Assembly: GCA_963592375.1 (NCBI GenBank)
Contig: CAVAXR010000001.1
Coordinates: forward strand, 1 to 43,183
DNA from: Oribacterium sp.
GTDB lineage: Bacteria > Bacillota > Clostridia > Lachnospirales > Lachnospiraceae
Length of the DNA: 43,183 nt
Direction of reading: 5' to 3'
Shown here: piece by piece, positions 24,707 to 34,672 of the stretch
Numbering within the stretch: the stretch's first letter is position 1
Layout: every line of letters begins with the position of its first letter
Notes under the pieces: model-generated
What the model was told of the DNA's origin: nothing
The model's input: the letters and a program-made list of their open reading frames with translations, nothing else
The model's database searches: none
Position numbers and translations under genes: made by a program

Positions 24707-26311
24707 ATGCCCAAAAATAAGAACAAGCCTTCGGAGCGCGTGCTCACGAAGGCCGTCATCTATGCCCGTTATTCCTCCTCCGGGCAGCGTGAGGAATCCA
24801 TCGAAGGGCAGCTCCGCGACTGCCGGAGCTATGCCATGAAGAACAGCATGGCTGTGGTCGGCGAGTACATTGACCGCGCCATGACCGGCACGTCCGACAA
24901 GAGGCCGGACTTTCAGCGCATGATCCGCGACTCCGCGAAGGGGCTGTTCGCCGTTGTCCTCGTCTGGAAAATCGACCGCTTCGCCAGGTCGAGATACGAT
25001 TCCGCAATCTATAAGAATAAGCTGAAGGCCAACGGAGTGCGCGTTGTGTCGGCAAACGAGACGATTCCCGACACGCCGGAAGGCATCGTGCTGGAATCTG
25101 TCATGGAAGGATTTGCCGAATACTACTCTGCGAATCTGTCGCAGAATGTCCGCCGGGGAAACTACGATTCCGCGCTGAAAAGACAATCGCTTGGTCATCA
25201 CATCCTCGGCTATCGGACTGGAGCGGACAAACGCTTTGAGCTCGACCCCCAGACCGCACCGGTTGTTCTGAAGATTTTCCAAGACTTCCTCGCGGGGAAG
25301 AAGCTGCGCGACATCGCGGACGAGTTGAATGCCAATGGGCACAGGACGGTTCTCGGAAAGCCGTTCACGGCGAATGCTCTGCGGTACATCCTAAAGAACG
25401 AGCGGTACACGGGGCTCTATGTCTATGAGGATATCCGCGATGAGCACGGCATCCCGGAAATCATCGACCGGGAGACGTTTGCCCGGGCGCAGGTGCTGAT
25501 CGAGGAGCACCGCCGCACACCGGCAGCGAAAAAGTCGCAGGAGGTATTTATGCTGACGGGAAAACTCTTTTGCGGGGACTGTGGTGAACCGATGAGCGGA
25601 GCCGCCGGAACGAGCCACACGGGGAAGGTCTATACCTATTATATGTGTCTTGGGAAAGAACATGGGACGTGTACGCATCCCAGAGTGCGCAAATCCGAGC
25701 TGGAGAACGCCGTTCTTGGGGAACTTATGCGCGCCGTGCATTCCAACGATGTCATCCAGGCGTTTGCGGACAGGTTCATGATCTGGCAGTCGGAGCAGAG
25801 CTCCACAGAGGAGCTTGACGGCCTCCGGGCGAAGCTGCGGGAGACGGAGACCGCGATTAAGAACGTCATGCGGTTTGTCGACACAGGCATTGTATCGGAT
25901 TCTTTAAGGACGCATCTGATGGAGCTTGAGGCCGAGCGGGTAGATCTGGTGCGGGGTATCGCGAAGCTGGAGCTGGAGAACCCGAAGCTGAAGCGTGAGG
26001 ACGTAGTCTGGTTTTTGGAGCAGTTTCGCGAAGGAAATGTCACGGACGAGAAGTGGAAGCTGCAGCTTACAGAGACGTTTCTGCGCGCAGCCTATCTCTA
26101 CACAGACGGCCGTCTTTTGCTCCAGCTGAACTTTTGCGGAGAGCAAAGCAAAACCTCGACGAAGCTGGCCGAAGCCGCCGTCGAGGCAGGAGAAGAGGAA
26201 AGGTTCAACTTGGCACGGTCTGGTGCACCAGACGAAGGCAAAGGAGAACCCCTGTCCCTGTACTTTTACGCCGGCATCTTTGTCATTTTATCGCGTTTTA
26301 AGCAGATTTAG
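24707..26311 (+). CDS. int: large serine recombinase (integrase)
   Basis: GGAGG RBS before ATG 24707; IYARYSS catalytic motif, DR..TG..DKRP.FQ, WKIDRFAR, recombinase domain, zinc ribbon CGDCG...YYMC...C, coiled coil. Confidence 0.96.
   Translation: MPKNKNKPSERVLTKAVIYARYSSSGQREESIEGQLRDCRSYAMKNSMAVVGEYIDRAMTGTSDKRPDFQRMIRDSAKGLFAVVLVWKIDRFARSRYDSAIYKNKLKANGVRVVSANETIPDTPEGIVLESVMEGFAEYYSANLSQNVRRGNYDSALKRQSLGHHILGYRTGADKRFELDPQTAPVVLKIFQDFLAGKKLRDIADELNANGHRTVLGKPFTANALRYILKNERYTGLYVYEDIRDEHGIPEIIDRETFARAQVLIEEHRRTPAAKKSQEVFMLTGKLFCGDCGEPMSGAAGTSHTGKVYTYYMCLGKEHGTCTHPRVRKSELENAVLGELMRAVHSNDVIQAFADRFMIWQSEQSSTEELDGLRAKLRETETAIKNVMRFVDTGIVSDSLRTHLMELEAERVDLVRGIAKLELENPKLKREDVVWFLEQFREGNVTDEKWKLQLTETFLRAAYLYTDGRLLLQLNFCGEQSKTSTKLAEAAVEAGEEERFNLARSGAPDEGKGEPLSLYFYAGIFVILSRFKQI
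26201..26251. other. probable attP within the integrase 3' end
   Basis: Perfect 16-bp palindrome GTCTGGTGCACCAGAC (26218-26233) flanked by GGTTC (26202-26206) and GAACC (26246-26250). Confidence 0.6.
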
Positions 26312-26358
26312 AAACCAAAAAGAAAAGCCCTCCCCCGGAAGAACCGAGGAAGGGCTTT
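26312..26358 (-). terminator. terminator between convergent int and late operon, possibly bidirectional
   Basis: AAAGCCCT...AGGGCTTT stem (26324-26358), with a U-rich tail on the - strand. Confidence 0.8.
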
Positions 26359-26389
26359 GTTGCGGAAGTGTATGTTTGTCTTGTGGAAG

Positions 26390-29300
26390 TTAGTTCCAGG
26401 GAGCTTCACCCAGAGCGCTCTTGGCGTAGCCCTCTGCAAGGTAGATGGCATCCTTTTGGTCATCGGACAGCGGAAGGGAATTGATGTACGCCATAACCTT
26501 GGCCTTTTTGGAGCCGGATATGGTCTTGCCGTTTTTATCCTTATCCGCAGACATTTCGGATACCGCGCTGATGTAGGACGCATAGGTTGCGTAGGGGATT
26601 TTCGCCTGCTCAAAGGCCGTGAACTTTGCCTGGCCGGACGTGCTGTCTCCGATGATCTGGAGAATGGCGATCCGCTTCTCGGCATCGTTCGCAACGGAGT
26701 TCGTAGCGATGGCAAGGATTTTCTGGTTATCCGAGACGGAAGCCTTGCCGTCCAAAGGAGCGAGGGATTTGAGATCGGTGTAGATGGAAGCCGCCGCGGA
26801 ATCGGAGACTCCGGCAGCGTAGAGGGAATCGTACTTACCCGCGTCAGCCTTCATCTGCTGGTAGTAGCTGAGCACATCCTTGATGAATGTGCGTGCTTCC
26901 TCTGATTTGCCCGAGTAGGTCTTGTTCACCCAACGGGAAAACTCCAGCGCCTTCTCCGAAGGTTTCGCATTCGTGGCATTGATTTCGGCATACTTGGCAT
27001 AGGTATCGACAAACTGATCGTCCGTGAAGCCCATCTTCATGCATTCCTTCATGCCTTTTGCGATGTTCGTAGATGTTGTGACAAGCGTTGTGACAACTGT
27101 GTACTTGTCGGATACATCGAGATCCTTCAGCGCTGCCAGCTTGTCGGCCTGTTTTACCTCTCCGTCTGCATCGGTAAACGCCGCCTGCACGGACAGGAAG
27201 TCATCCATATCCATACCGGCCTTGCGGAACTTCTTCACCTGCGCCTTCACGGAATCGGAATCGGAAACGAGTGCGTAGTACGCAGACTCCTTCGCGGCAT
27301 CCGGCAGAGAAGCTGAACGGAGAGCATCGATCTTTCCGTCCTTTTTCAGCGCGTCTCCCGTCTCATAATCGTACATGGACTGCACGATGGAACAGGCCTC
27401 CGTCATGGAAACGCCGCCGTTATCGATGATGGCCTGTACATCGGCCTGTGCGGAAGCCGAAGCAATCTTCGTCATGTAGATGAAGCTCTTCTCATCCTCG
27501 TCAAGGTCGAGCGCGTTCAGCGCGGAAATCTTTTCCGAGGTTTTTGTTCCCGCCGCGGAATCCTTCACCTTATCGTAAGCGTAGTACACGGATTTTATGT
27601 CAACCATCCCGGAGTCGTATAGGTCAACGGCGCTGGGTTGCGGCTTCTTCTGGTTGTCCTCGCCGTACAGAGCCGTCTCGATGGCGTCGCGATAGACAGT
27701 CTCGTCCAGACCGATGTATTCGAAGTATTCCATTCTGGCCTTTTCGGAGGCTGCGTCCATCACCTTCGCGACCATGTCCACCTTATCCGCATCGGAGGCA
27801 TCAATGTATTCCTGTGTCTTATAGAGCGCCTCCAGGCCGGAGTAGGTTTCCTGGCCGAGGGTTTTCGCGAACTGCGTATAGGCATGGGAATCAAGGTAAT
27901 AGGTTTGTCCCGCATAGGTCACGTTTTTCGGAGCCTGTTTCGGAAGCGCCGATGTATCCCCGGTTGCGGCATAGAGTCTCTTCATCTCGTTATCCGCTTC
28001 ATAGGACGTAACCTTCTGGATGTATCCGGGAGACAGCGTATTGTAGAGGAGCCTCTTCCACCACGTATCGCCGACGTTCTTGCGCTCGTTGCCGTACTGG
28101 TCAACGGAGGGTTCCAGCTGCATGGATGCGAAGGGAATCTTGGCGATGATGCGGCGTGCAAGCTGCTCGGCCTTCTTGGAGTACGGGGAATCGGTCGGTG
28201 CGTAGGTCGAGCGGCGCGTATCGTCCACCACGCGCGCCATCTTTCCTCCGAAGGTCGGGAAGAACTGAAGCGCATAGCTTTCCAGCGCAGACCACGCCAC
28301 AGAGGACGCGACACCGGCGCCGGTGGACTCATAGGATTCGAACATATCGGTAATGCCGGAGAGCATGGACAACGAGAAAATCGGCTCCATGATGCCCAAG
28401 ACGGAATCCACCACCTCGGAAGCCGACAGATCCTTGTTTTCCCGCTTTGCGTACTGTGCAAGGGAAACGCCGATAAAGAACGGCATGCAGGCCGGAGCGA
28501 CCCAGTCCATGGTGTAGGTATAATCGCCGAAGTGAATGGAGTAATCCTGCCGCCCGGTCTCCTCTTCCATAGAGGATTCGCGATCCTTCTCGTCGGATCC
28601 GGCAGAGGTGAAGGCCGCGCCGGTCGCGCCGAGGAAGGCTCCCAGGATGGTCACACCCGTGCCCGTAAGCCCGGCCGAGAAATCGGAGATGATCTGAGAC
28701 GCCGTAACGTCCTTGCCCCGTGCCTTCTGCGTGATGTCATAGACGCCCTTAATGAGACCGGCAGGTGAGTATTCAAGACCGCGCTTCAGCACGTTGATCG
28801 GGGTTTTCTTGAAGGGCATAAGGCCGCCCATGAAGAACTCTGCGGCTGCGCTGCTGTTCTCGATCTGATTGAGCAGATTGGCCGCATGGCTTGCATCACG
28901 ATAGGTAGCCTTCAGTGCCTCCTCAAAAGCCACCTCACGGGCACGCAGCTTCTGCGCGTCCGTAATGTTCTCCGGGGTCAGCTTGTTCGCCTTCATGTAC
29001 TCGGCAAAGGAATTGACGTAGTTGCGGCGCAGGAAGAGCGCGTCCTCCGCCTCCAGCGTGTTGGAAGAGAATTTGCGCACGGCTTCAGCAGCAGGCGTAG
29101 CGAAGATTTGGCGCTTCTCCTCGATTCCCGCCGTCTCGGAGCGCTGCCCTCCGGCCTGTAGGTCAGCTTTGATCTCCGCATAGTCAGCCGCCGCGAAGGA
29201 CTTGCGCCCGGAATCCTTGCCCGTAAGCACGGCCTTCGTGCGTTCGCCGCTTTTGATGAAGGCCTTTTCGAAGGCCGTTGCGACCACGTCGCGCACGTTC

Positions 29301-32300
29301 TTCATGCCAAGCTGCACAGTGTTGCCGAAGACGTTGCGGATATGCGTTGTGGGGTTTAGAAGCATACCGATGTAGCGCACGGCACGGATGCGTTCAGAGA
29401 CGGAGCCAGGAAGCTGATCGGCGATGTTCTGCTCCAGAGCCTCTCTGGCCGCAGCCAGATCCTCCTCGGTCTTGGCATTGATGAAGTTTTCCATCAGTGT
29501 CTCGTCGATGATGACCTCGCCGCCCTTGTTCTTCACAAAGCTCAGATAGGCCTGCATGACGGACTGCGCCGTTTTGATGGTCTTCTTGTACTGTTTGGCG
29601 TTGTCCAACGTGATCTCAGCCGCCGCCATGGATTCCGACAGTGCCCGGATGTCTCCAGCATAGCGGTTCCACGTTTTCCATGCGCTGGTGATTTCGGAAT
29701 TGGTCTTTGCAAGCTCGGCCTTCAGAACCTTGCGCTCGGCGCGGGTTTTTTCAAGGGTATTTAATTCCCGCTCCAGCTTCGCACGGCGCTCCGCAAGCTG
29801 CCCCAGAAGCTCCTTCTGCTTTGCGATGTTGTCAAGGGTCTTCTTCTGAGCGGCCTCAATCTTTCCGGGGATGGCGTTGTACTCCCGACGAATCTTGGCA
29901 AGTTCCTCAGCCGATGCTCTCTTCTCTCCAAGCTCCCGCTCCAGCTCCGTGCGGCGCTTCGTCAGCGCGTCCAGCTCCTGCTGAAACTCGGACTGCGTCG
30001 GATCGGCATAGGGCTCCAGCTTGTGTGAAAGCTCTTCCATGACGTGCTTTGTGTCTGTGGCTGCGCGCTGGAAATCCTCGTTTGTGGCATCTCCGGCTTT
30101 TACGGCCTGCGCCGTAGCCTCAAGGTGATCCACGGAATCGATCGCGCCGTTGATGCTGTCACGGATGCGCTGAACCTCGCGCGTTTTGCGGGAGGCTTTC
30201 CCGGTCTTCTTGCGCTTGGCATAGTTCTCGGCCTGTCTTGCGTAGTGGTAAAGCTGTCCTTCCGGCGTAAGCCGCTTTAGGAGGGAGAGTGCCTGGATGC
30301 GCTGGCCGTAATCCGTACCAAGGGTAGCGAGATCGGAGAGGATTTCCACAGACTCCTTCATGCGTCCGCTGCGCCTGGCCTCCAGCATCAGACGTTCGCC
30401 GAAGGCAATCTGTGCAGCGCCGTCCTTGCCCTCGCCGCCCGACTGCGCCCATTTGCGAAACGCACCGTAGGCCTGGTCAAAGGAATCGTAGGAGGAGCGG
30501 ATATCGATGGCCTGTGCCACGTTCTCCTCGTTGGTAGTCGGCGTATAGGTATCGAGGACGGCAACATCGCGCACATCAAAGTCATAAGCCGCAGCCTCGT
30601 CCGCCGTGCGATAGAATCGGCGCACATTTCGGTCATCTGCAGCTTTTGCAGGAAGCTCGGAGACAGTTGTGTGATAGGACGGATCGTCGACATCGTAGAT
30701 CTGTTCGCCGGGCTCGATTTTCCCGTACTTCTCCACGTTCTTTGCAATGAGCGCGTCAAGGTTGAACCCCGCCACAGCCGCCTGTCCCGTCGGCAGATAG
30801 TCCGTAAGGGACTCCTGCGAACGATAGCCCCCATTCAGCGCCACCGTCCCCCCGCTCTCCGCGTACCGGCCGGAGCCGCGCTGACGGTTCACGTCATCCA
30901 ACGCTTCCGCAAGGATATTCTGCGCCCGGACAAGGCGATCCTGCGCCACATCAGTCGCAAGGCCGTTTTCGGTGGAGCGCGTCAGCACATCTTCGACGGA
31001 ATCGAGGAGAACGCGCGCGGCATCCGGGTCGGTTTCTGCAACACCGCGCAGAGCGTCAAGACTGCCGAGGAACTTTTCTGAAACATACGCCGCCATGAAT
31101 TCATGCTCCGCGTCAGCGCGGGAGAGCTTGACTCCGGCCTCTGCATAGCCCGTGATGATGTCATCCAGAACGCCGTTGTAGGCTTCAGACCGAAGGCTCT
31201 CATTGCGCAGGACGAAGCTCTTCAGCCGTCCGTAGCCCTTTGCCGCTTCAGCCCTGTGCGTCAGTTCATGGGCATACGTTGTCCAAATGGCATCGTTTGC
31301 CTGCAGCCGGGAATTTAAGACAACGGTATCCGCTTCGCGGTTGTAGTAGCCGTTGTAGCGGGATCCGAGATCGGCAAACTCCACCTTGGAGCCGAGCTTT
31401 CCGGCAAGGTTGGAAATTTCAAGTGAAACAGTCGCATTCACGCCGTTCTCACGCGCCGACCGCTCAGTCAGCCGCATGATTTCCTCAGAGGAATATCCAC
31501 GCCCCGCTTCGTACACGGATTTATGTGCGGACACATCACTGGTGGCTGTCACCTCTGGCAGAGATTTCATGATGTCGGAGAGATTCACGGAGGCCTGCGA
31601 ATCGCCGCCGGTGTACCGTGCGTTCCAGTAGCTGTTCTGCAAGTCCTGTATGGTCTGCTCGACCGATGTCTGCACGGCCTCCGCGATCTGAGCCTCCGAC
31701 ATGCCGCCGTGAAGCGCGATATCCGTCTCGTTCGCGCGGTCATAACGCGCCTCCTGCGTCATGAACTCAGAGAGTGCAGTAAGCTGATCGGGCAGCGTCA
31801 TGTGCTGGTTCTCGTCAAAGTAGCCCGGATAATCCGAAGACAGTTCCCTGAAGAGTGTATCGATGCTCATGGCCTTTTTATCGCCCGTGCGAAGCCATCC
31901 GTTCTTCCGTCTCCACTCGCCCCAGGAGCCACGTCCGACCTCGGACTTGACGTCTCCGGGGATGTAGAGCTTCGTCTCGCGGATATGATCGTATGCCTTC
32001 TTATAGTCCTCGCGCACCTTCGGCATGGAGCGCACGGCATTGTCCCGCTGCACAGTCAAGGCTGCGGTATAGCCCTTCGTCAAGGATTCTCTCAAGGCCT
32101 GCGTAGCCTCGTTGGAGCGGTTCTGTACCTCAGCACTGCGGTCTCCTGCAAGGTAATCGCCAACGGCATTGAGATACGTCTCAGCCGCGTCAGCCGCCGC
32201 AGAAACGCTTTCCACATCGGTTCTGCCGGAGGCATCCTTAAACTGCCGATTCAGCTCCTGCTTGAAGTTCAGCTTTTCGGAAACCGACATATGCCGCGTC

Positions 32301-34651
32301 TCATCCGTGACGTACTTCGTTCGGACGGTTTGCTGCGCCGGAGTGGTCTGCTGTGTCTCCTGCACGGAGGATGATGCTGCCGGAAGAACCTGTGTCTGCG
32401 TGGAAAGGGTACCGCGGGAAGACTCCTCGGCCTGTCTTGCCGCAGCGTCCATGGCTTCTGCGGAATTATCGGAGACGGTCTGTGTGGGACGAAGCTGCTG
32501 CACGTCGGCCGGAACCGTCGGATCGGCCGCCGGGGTTTCGGCTATGGGAGAAGATTCCTGCGTCTGCCCGGAGAGATTCATCTCACGCGCCGCAGACTCC
32601 TCGGCCTGTCTTGCCGCAGCGTCCAGCTCCTGCTGTTCGCGCAGCTTCGCCGCGCGCTCCTCGATGTTGATGCCCTCCTGCCGTCCGATATCGGACAGGG
32701 TATCGGCATCGAGAGATGCGCGAAGGGTAGCCAGAGCCTTTGCGTCAATGCTCTTTCCTGCGGTCTGAGCCTTCGTCAGCTCGACCGCCGCCTTGTAACC
32801 CGCGGACTGATTGTCCAGCGTCATCAAGCCTTCACGGATATAGAGATTCAGCGAATCCGCGTCGTTCACATACTCCGCGACATTGCGGTTATACGATTTC
32901 GCATCTGCCGCCGCATTCAATCCGGCCACAGCTGTGCCCCCAAGGCCGAACATTGCGCCGGAGATGGAGCCGGCAAGCGCCGCCATAGCGGGGTTGCGCA
33001 CGAAGAACTCAGCCGTAGCCTCGCTCCTTGCCTCCTTGTCAGAAGCACCCGCAGCCTTCAGCTCACGCACACGCGTTTCATATTCGGATTTCTCGCCCAT
33101 AACGGCCATGTCGGCGAGATTCCCGGCGAACTCGGAAATCAGCTCTTCAGAGCCTTCCGACAGCGTCTGCGTCGCAATGTTGCGGAAGAGGCTCTTGACA
33201 CCCGCAGCACCCGAAGTAAGGACTGTGTCGAAAAGATTGTCAAGCCCCAGCTTCTCCGTTGCCGCCTCGATGCCGCCGGAGATCGCGCCGGAAAGCACGG
33301 CCTGTCCCTGCGTACCGCCGCGTTCCAGCGTATCGATAGCCTGGCTGCCAGCCGCCTGTGTGCCGATCCAGATGAGAGAGCCGACGGGTCCGAGAGCCGC
33401 CGATGCCGTGCTGTTCAGCATGGAATAGGCCGTCTGCCCAAGCAGCTTTCCGACAGTGCCCTTGTTCTCAAGAGACTTCTCCTGTGCAAAGGACGCAGCT
33501 CGTGTCGCGCCGACAGCACCCTCGTTCAAGTCGGTATACTTTCCCCGCACGGTATCTGCCGCAATCTGCGCATACGCCGCAGGAGACGCAAGGAAATTCG
33601 TGACACCGATAGCCACCTGTCCGGCCTTCGAAGCTCCCGCGATGCCCTTCTGCTGCTGCGTGAAAAGGTCTTCCGTAAGCTGAGACTTGATGGCGTTTGC
33701 ATAGGTCTCTACTTCATCGTACTTCCCTTGATTTGCCAGATTCAGAACAACGTTTTTCTGAGCGTCCGACATATACTTGGCAAGGTTGTACCACTCGCCG
33801 CCCGCTTCGGACTCGTCCCCGATCCGAGCCGTCTTGCCAAGTGACTCGTTCACGGCCTTTGCAATGGTGCGGCCTCCGTTTCCCACAGTAATTGCAGGGG
33901 ACTCATACTCCGGCATAGCCGCCGTGAGATATTTCGCCTCATAGCTGCGTGCTGTTTTCAGATTATTGACATCCGACTGGTTCTTCTGCGCGGTGTAGAG
34001 TTTGCTTTCAGCCCTCTTAACGGCAGCATCGTTGGATGCAGCCGCTTCAACAGCGTTCTGATACGCAGCAGTCTGGTAGGCCGGGGTGTAGAGCGTCCCC
34101 TGCCGCTTCAGATAGTCCTCTCCCGTCCGGGGATTCTGCCTGTTCACCGCCGCATTCGTACTCTTCACGCCGATTTCCGCTCTGCGCACGTCCTCATCCG
34201 CAGCTTTGCTTGCACGGTCAAGGTTTAGGTACTGCGTGCCGTTTGCAGCCTGAGCGCGGACATCCTGCAGCCCGTGCAGCTCATCCGTAATGCTCTGAAA
34301 CTTCTGGAAGCCTGCGGTAAGCTCCTCTGCCTTTTTTCTCTGCTCCTCATACGCATCGGCATATGCGTTCTGCGTAAGATCCTCCACAATCTGATCGCGG
34401 ATTTTTCTGGTTTCAGCCGCAGTCCCGAGCTTCGCCTTGCCTGTAGAAGAATATCTCCCCTCCGTTTTTGCCGGAAGGGAGATATTCTTCTTCGCCGTGG
34501 TGGACGCAGAGGAGGACGTTTTCCCCGTACTCACGTCCTCCTCGATCTGGCTCTTGATCTGGCTGAGTGCCGCCGCCTTATCGGTTTTCTTCTTTTTGAC
34601 GGTCTGAGTGCCGCCGCCCTTCAGATTGAGTTTGTCGGTGAGAACTGCCAT
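26390..34651 (-). CDS. giant virion protein (probable DNA ejection / polyvalent protein), 2753 aa
   Basis: Last gene of the structural operon; Gly/Ala-rich membrane-like segments; HELTH zincin-like motif; long coiled coil; C-terminal helical repeats. Confidence 0.8.
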   Translation of the reverse strand: MAVLTDKLNLKGGGTQTVKKKKTDKAAALSQIKSQIEEDVSTGKTSSSASTTAKKNISLPAKTEGRYSSTGKAKLGTAAETRKIRDQIVEDLTQNAYADAYEEQRKKAEELTAGFQKFQSITDELHGLQDVRAQAANGTQYLNLDRASKAADEDVRRAEIGVKSTNAAVNRQNPRTGEDYLKRQGTLYTPAYQTAAYQNAVEAAASNDAAVKRAESKLYTAQKNQSDVNNLKTARSYEAKYLTAAMPEYESPAITVGNGGRTIAKAVNESLGKTARIGDESEAGGEWYNLAKYMSDAQKNVVLNLANQGKYDEVETYANAIKSQLTEDLFTQQQKGIAGASKAGQVAIGVTNFLASPAAYAQIAADTVRGKYTDLNEGAVGATRAASFAQEKSLENKGTVGKLLGQTAYSMLNSTASAALGPVGSLIWIGTQAAGSQAIDTLERGGTQGQAVLSGAISGGIEAATEKLGLDNLFDTVLTSGAAGVKSLFRNIATQTLSEGSEELISEFAGNLADMAVMGEKSEYETRVRELKAAGASDKEARSEATAEFFVRNPAMAALAGSISGAMFGLGGTAVAGLNAAADAKSYNRNVAEYVNDADSLNLYIREGLMTLDNQSAGYKAAVELTKAQTAGKSIDAKALATLRASLDADTLSDIGRQEGINIEERAAKLREQQELDAAARQAEESAAREMNLSGQTQESSPIAETPAADPTVPADVQQLRPTQTVSDNSAEAMDAAARQAEESSRGTLSTQTQVLPAASSSVQETQQTTPAQQTVRTKYVTDETRHMSVSEKLNFKQELNRQFKDASGRTDVESVSAAADAAETYLNAVGDYLAGDRSAEVQNRSNEATQALRESLTKGYTAALTVQRDNAVRSMPKVREDYKKAYDHIRETKLYIPGDVKSEVGRGSWGEWRRKNGWLRTGDKKAMSIDTLFRELSSDYPGYFDENQHMTLPDQLTALSEFMTQEARYDRANETDIALHGGMSEAQIAEAVQTSVEQTIQDLQNSYWNARYTGGDSQASVNLSDIMKSLPEVTATSDVSAHKSVYEAGRGYSSEEIMRLTERSARENGVNATVSLEISNLAGKLGSKVEFADLGSRYNGYYNREADTVVLNSRLQANDAIWTTYAHELTHRAEAAKGYGRLKSFVLRNESLRSEAYNGVLDDIITGYAEAGVKLSRADAEHEFMAAYVSEKFLGSLDALRGVAETDPDAARVLLDSVEDVLTRSTENGLATDVAQDRLVRAQNILAEALDDVNRQRGSGRYAESGGTVALNGGYRSQESLTDYLPTGQAAVAGFNLDALIAKNVEKYGKIEPGEQIYDVDDPSYHTTVSELPAKAADDRNVRRFYRTADEAAAYDFDVRDVAVLDTYTPTTNEENVAQAIDIRSSYDSFDQAYGAFRKWAQSGGEGKDGAAQIAFGERLMLEARRSGRMKESVEILSDLATLGTDYGQRIQALSLLKRLTPEGQLYHYARQAENYAKRKKTGKASRKTREVQRIRDSINGAIDSVDHLEATAQAVKAGDATNEDFQRAATDTKHVMEELSHKLEPYADPTQSEFQQELDALTKRRTELERELGEKRASAEELAKIRREYNAIPGKIEAAQKKTLDNIAKQKELLGQLAERRAKLERELNTLEKTRAERKVLKAELAKTNSEITSAWKTWNRYAGDIRALSESMAAAEITLDNAKQYKKTIKTAQSVMQAYLSFVKNKGGEVIIDETLMENFINAKTEEDLAAAREALEQNIADQLPGSVSERIRAVRYIGMLLNPTTHIRNVFGNTVQLGMKNVRDVVATAFEKAFIKSGERTKAVLTGKDSGRKSFAAADYAEIKADLQAGGQRSETAGIEEKRQIFATPAAEAVRKFSSNTLEAEDALFLRRNYVNSFAEYMKANKLTPENITDAQKLRAREVAFEEALKATYRDASHAANLLNQIENSSAAAEFFMGGLMPFKKTPINVLKRGLEYSPAGLIKGVYDITQKARGKDVTASQIISDFSAGLTGTGVTILGAFLGATGAAFTSAGSDEKDRESSMEEETGRQDYSIHFGDYTYTMDWVAPACMPFFIGVSLAQYAKRENKDLSASEVVDSVLGIMEPIFSLSMLSGITDMFESYESTGAGVASSVAWSALESYALQFFPTFGGKMARVVDDTRRSTYAPTDSPYSKKAEQLARRIIAKIPFASMQLEPSVDQYGNERKNVGDTWWKRLLYNTLSPGYIQKVTSYEADNEMKRLYAATGDTSALPKQAPKNVTYAGQTYYLDSHAYTQFAKTLGQETYSGLEALYKTQEYIDASDADKVDMVAKVMDAASEKARMEYFEYIGLDETVYRDAIETALYGEDNQKKPQPSAVDLYDSGMVDIKSVYYAYDKVKDSAAGTKTSEKISALNALDLDEDEKSFIYMTKIASASAQADVQAIIDNGGVSMTEACSIVQSMYDYETGDALKKDGKIDALRSASLPDAAKESAYYALVSDSDSVKAQVKKFRKAGMDMDDFLSVQAAFTDADGEVKQADKLAALKDLDVSDKYTVVTTLVTTSTNIAKGMKECMKMGFTDDQFVDTYAKYAEINATNAKPSEKALEFSRWVNKTYSGKSEEARTFIKDVLSYYQQMKADAGKYDSLYAAGVSDSAAASIYTDLKSLAPLDGKASVSDNQKILAIATNSVANDAEKRIAILQIIGDSTSGQAKFTAFEQAKIPYATYASYISAVSEMSADKDKNGKTISGSKKAKVMAYINSLPLSDDQKDAIYLAEGYAKSALGEAPWN

Positions 34652-34672
34652 GAATCAAGTCTCCTTTTTCTT

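Noticed and set aside
26201..26230. tRNA gene or remnant
   Set aside because: There is no D arm, anticodon arm or pairing T-stem; it is better explained as an att site.
26390..34651. Tape measure protein
   Set aside because: There are no tail tube, tail chaperone, Dit or baseplate genes; the context is podovirus-like.
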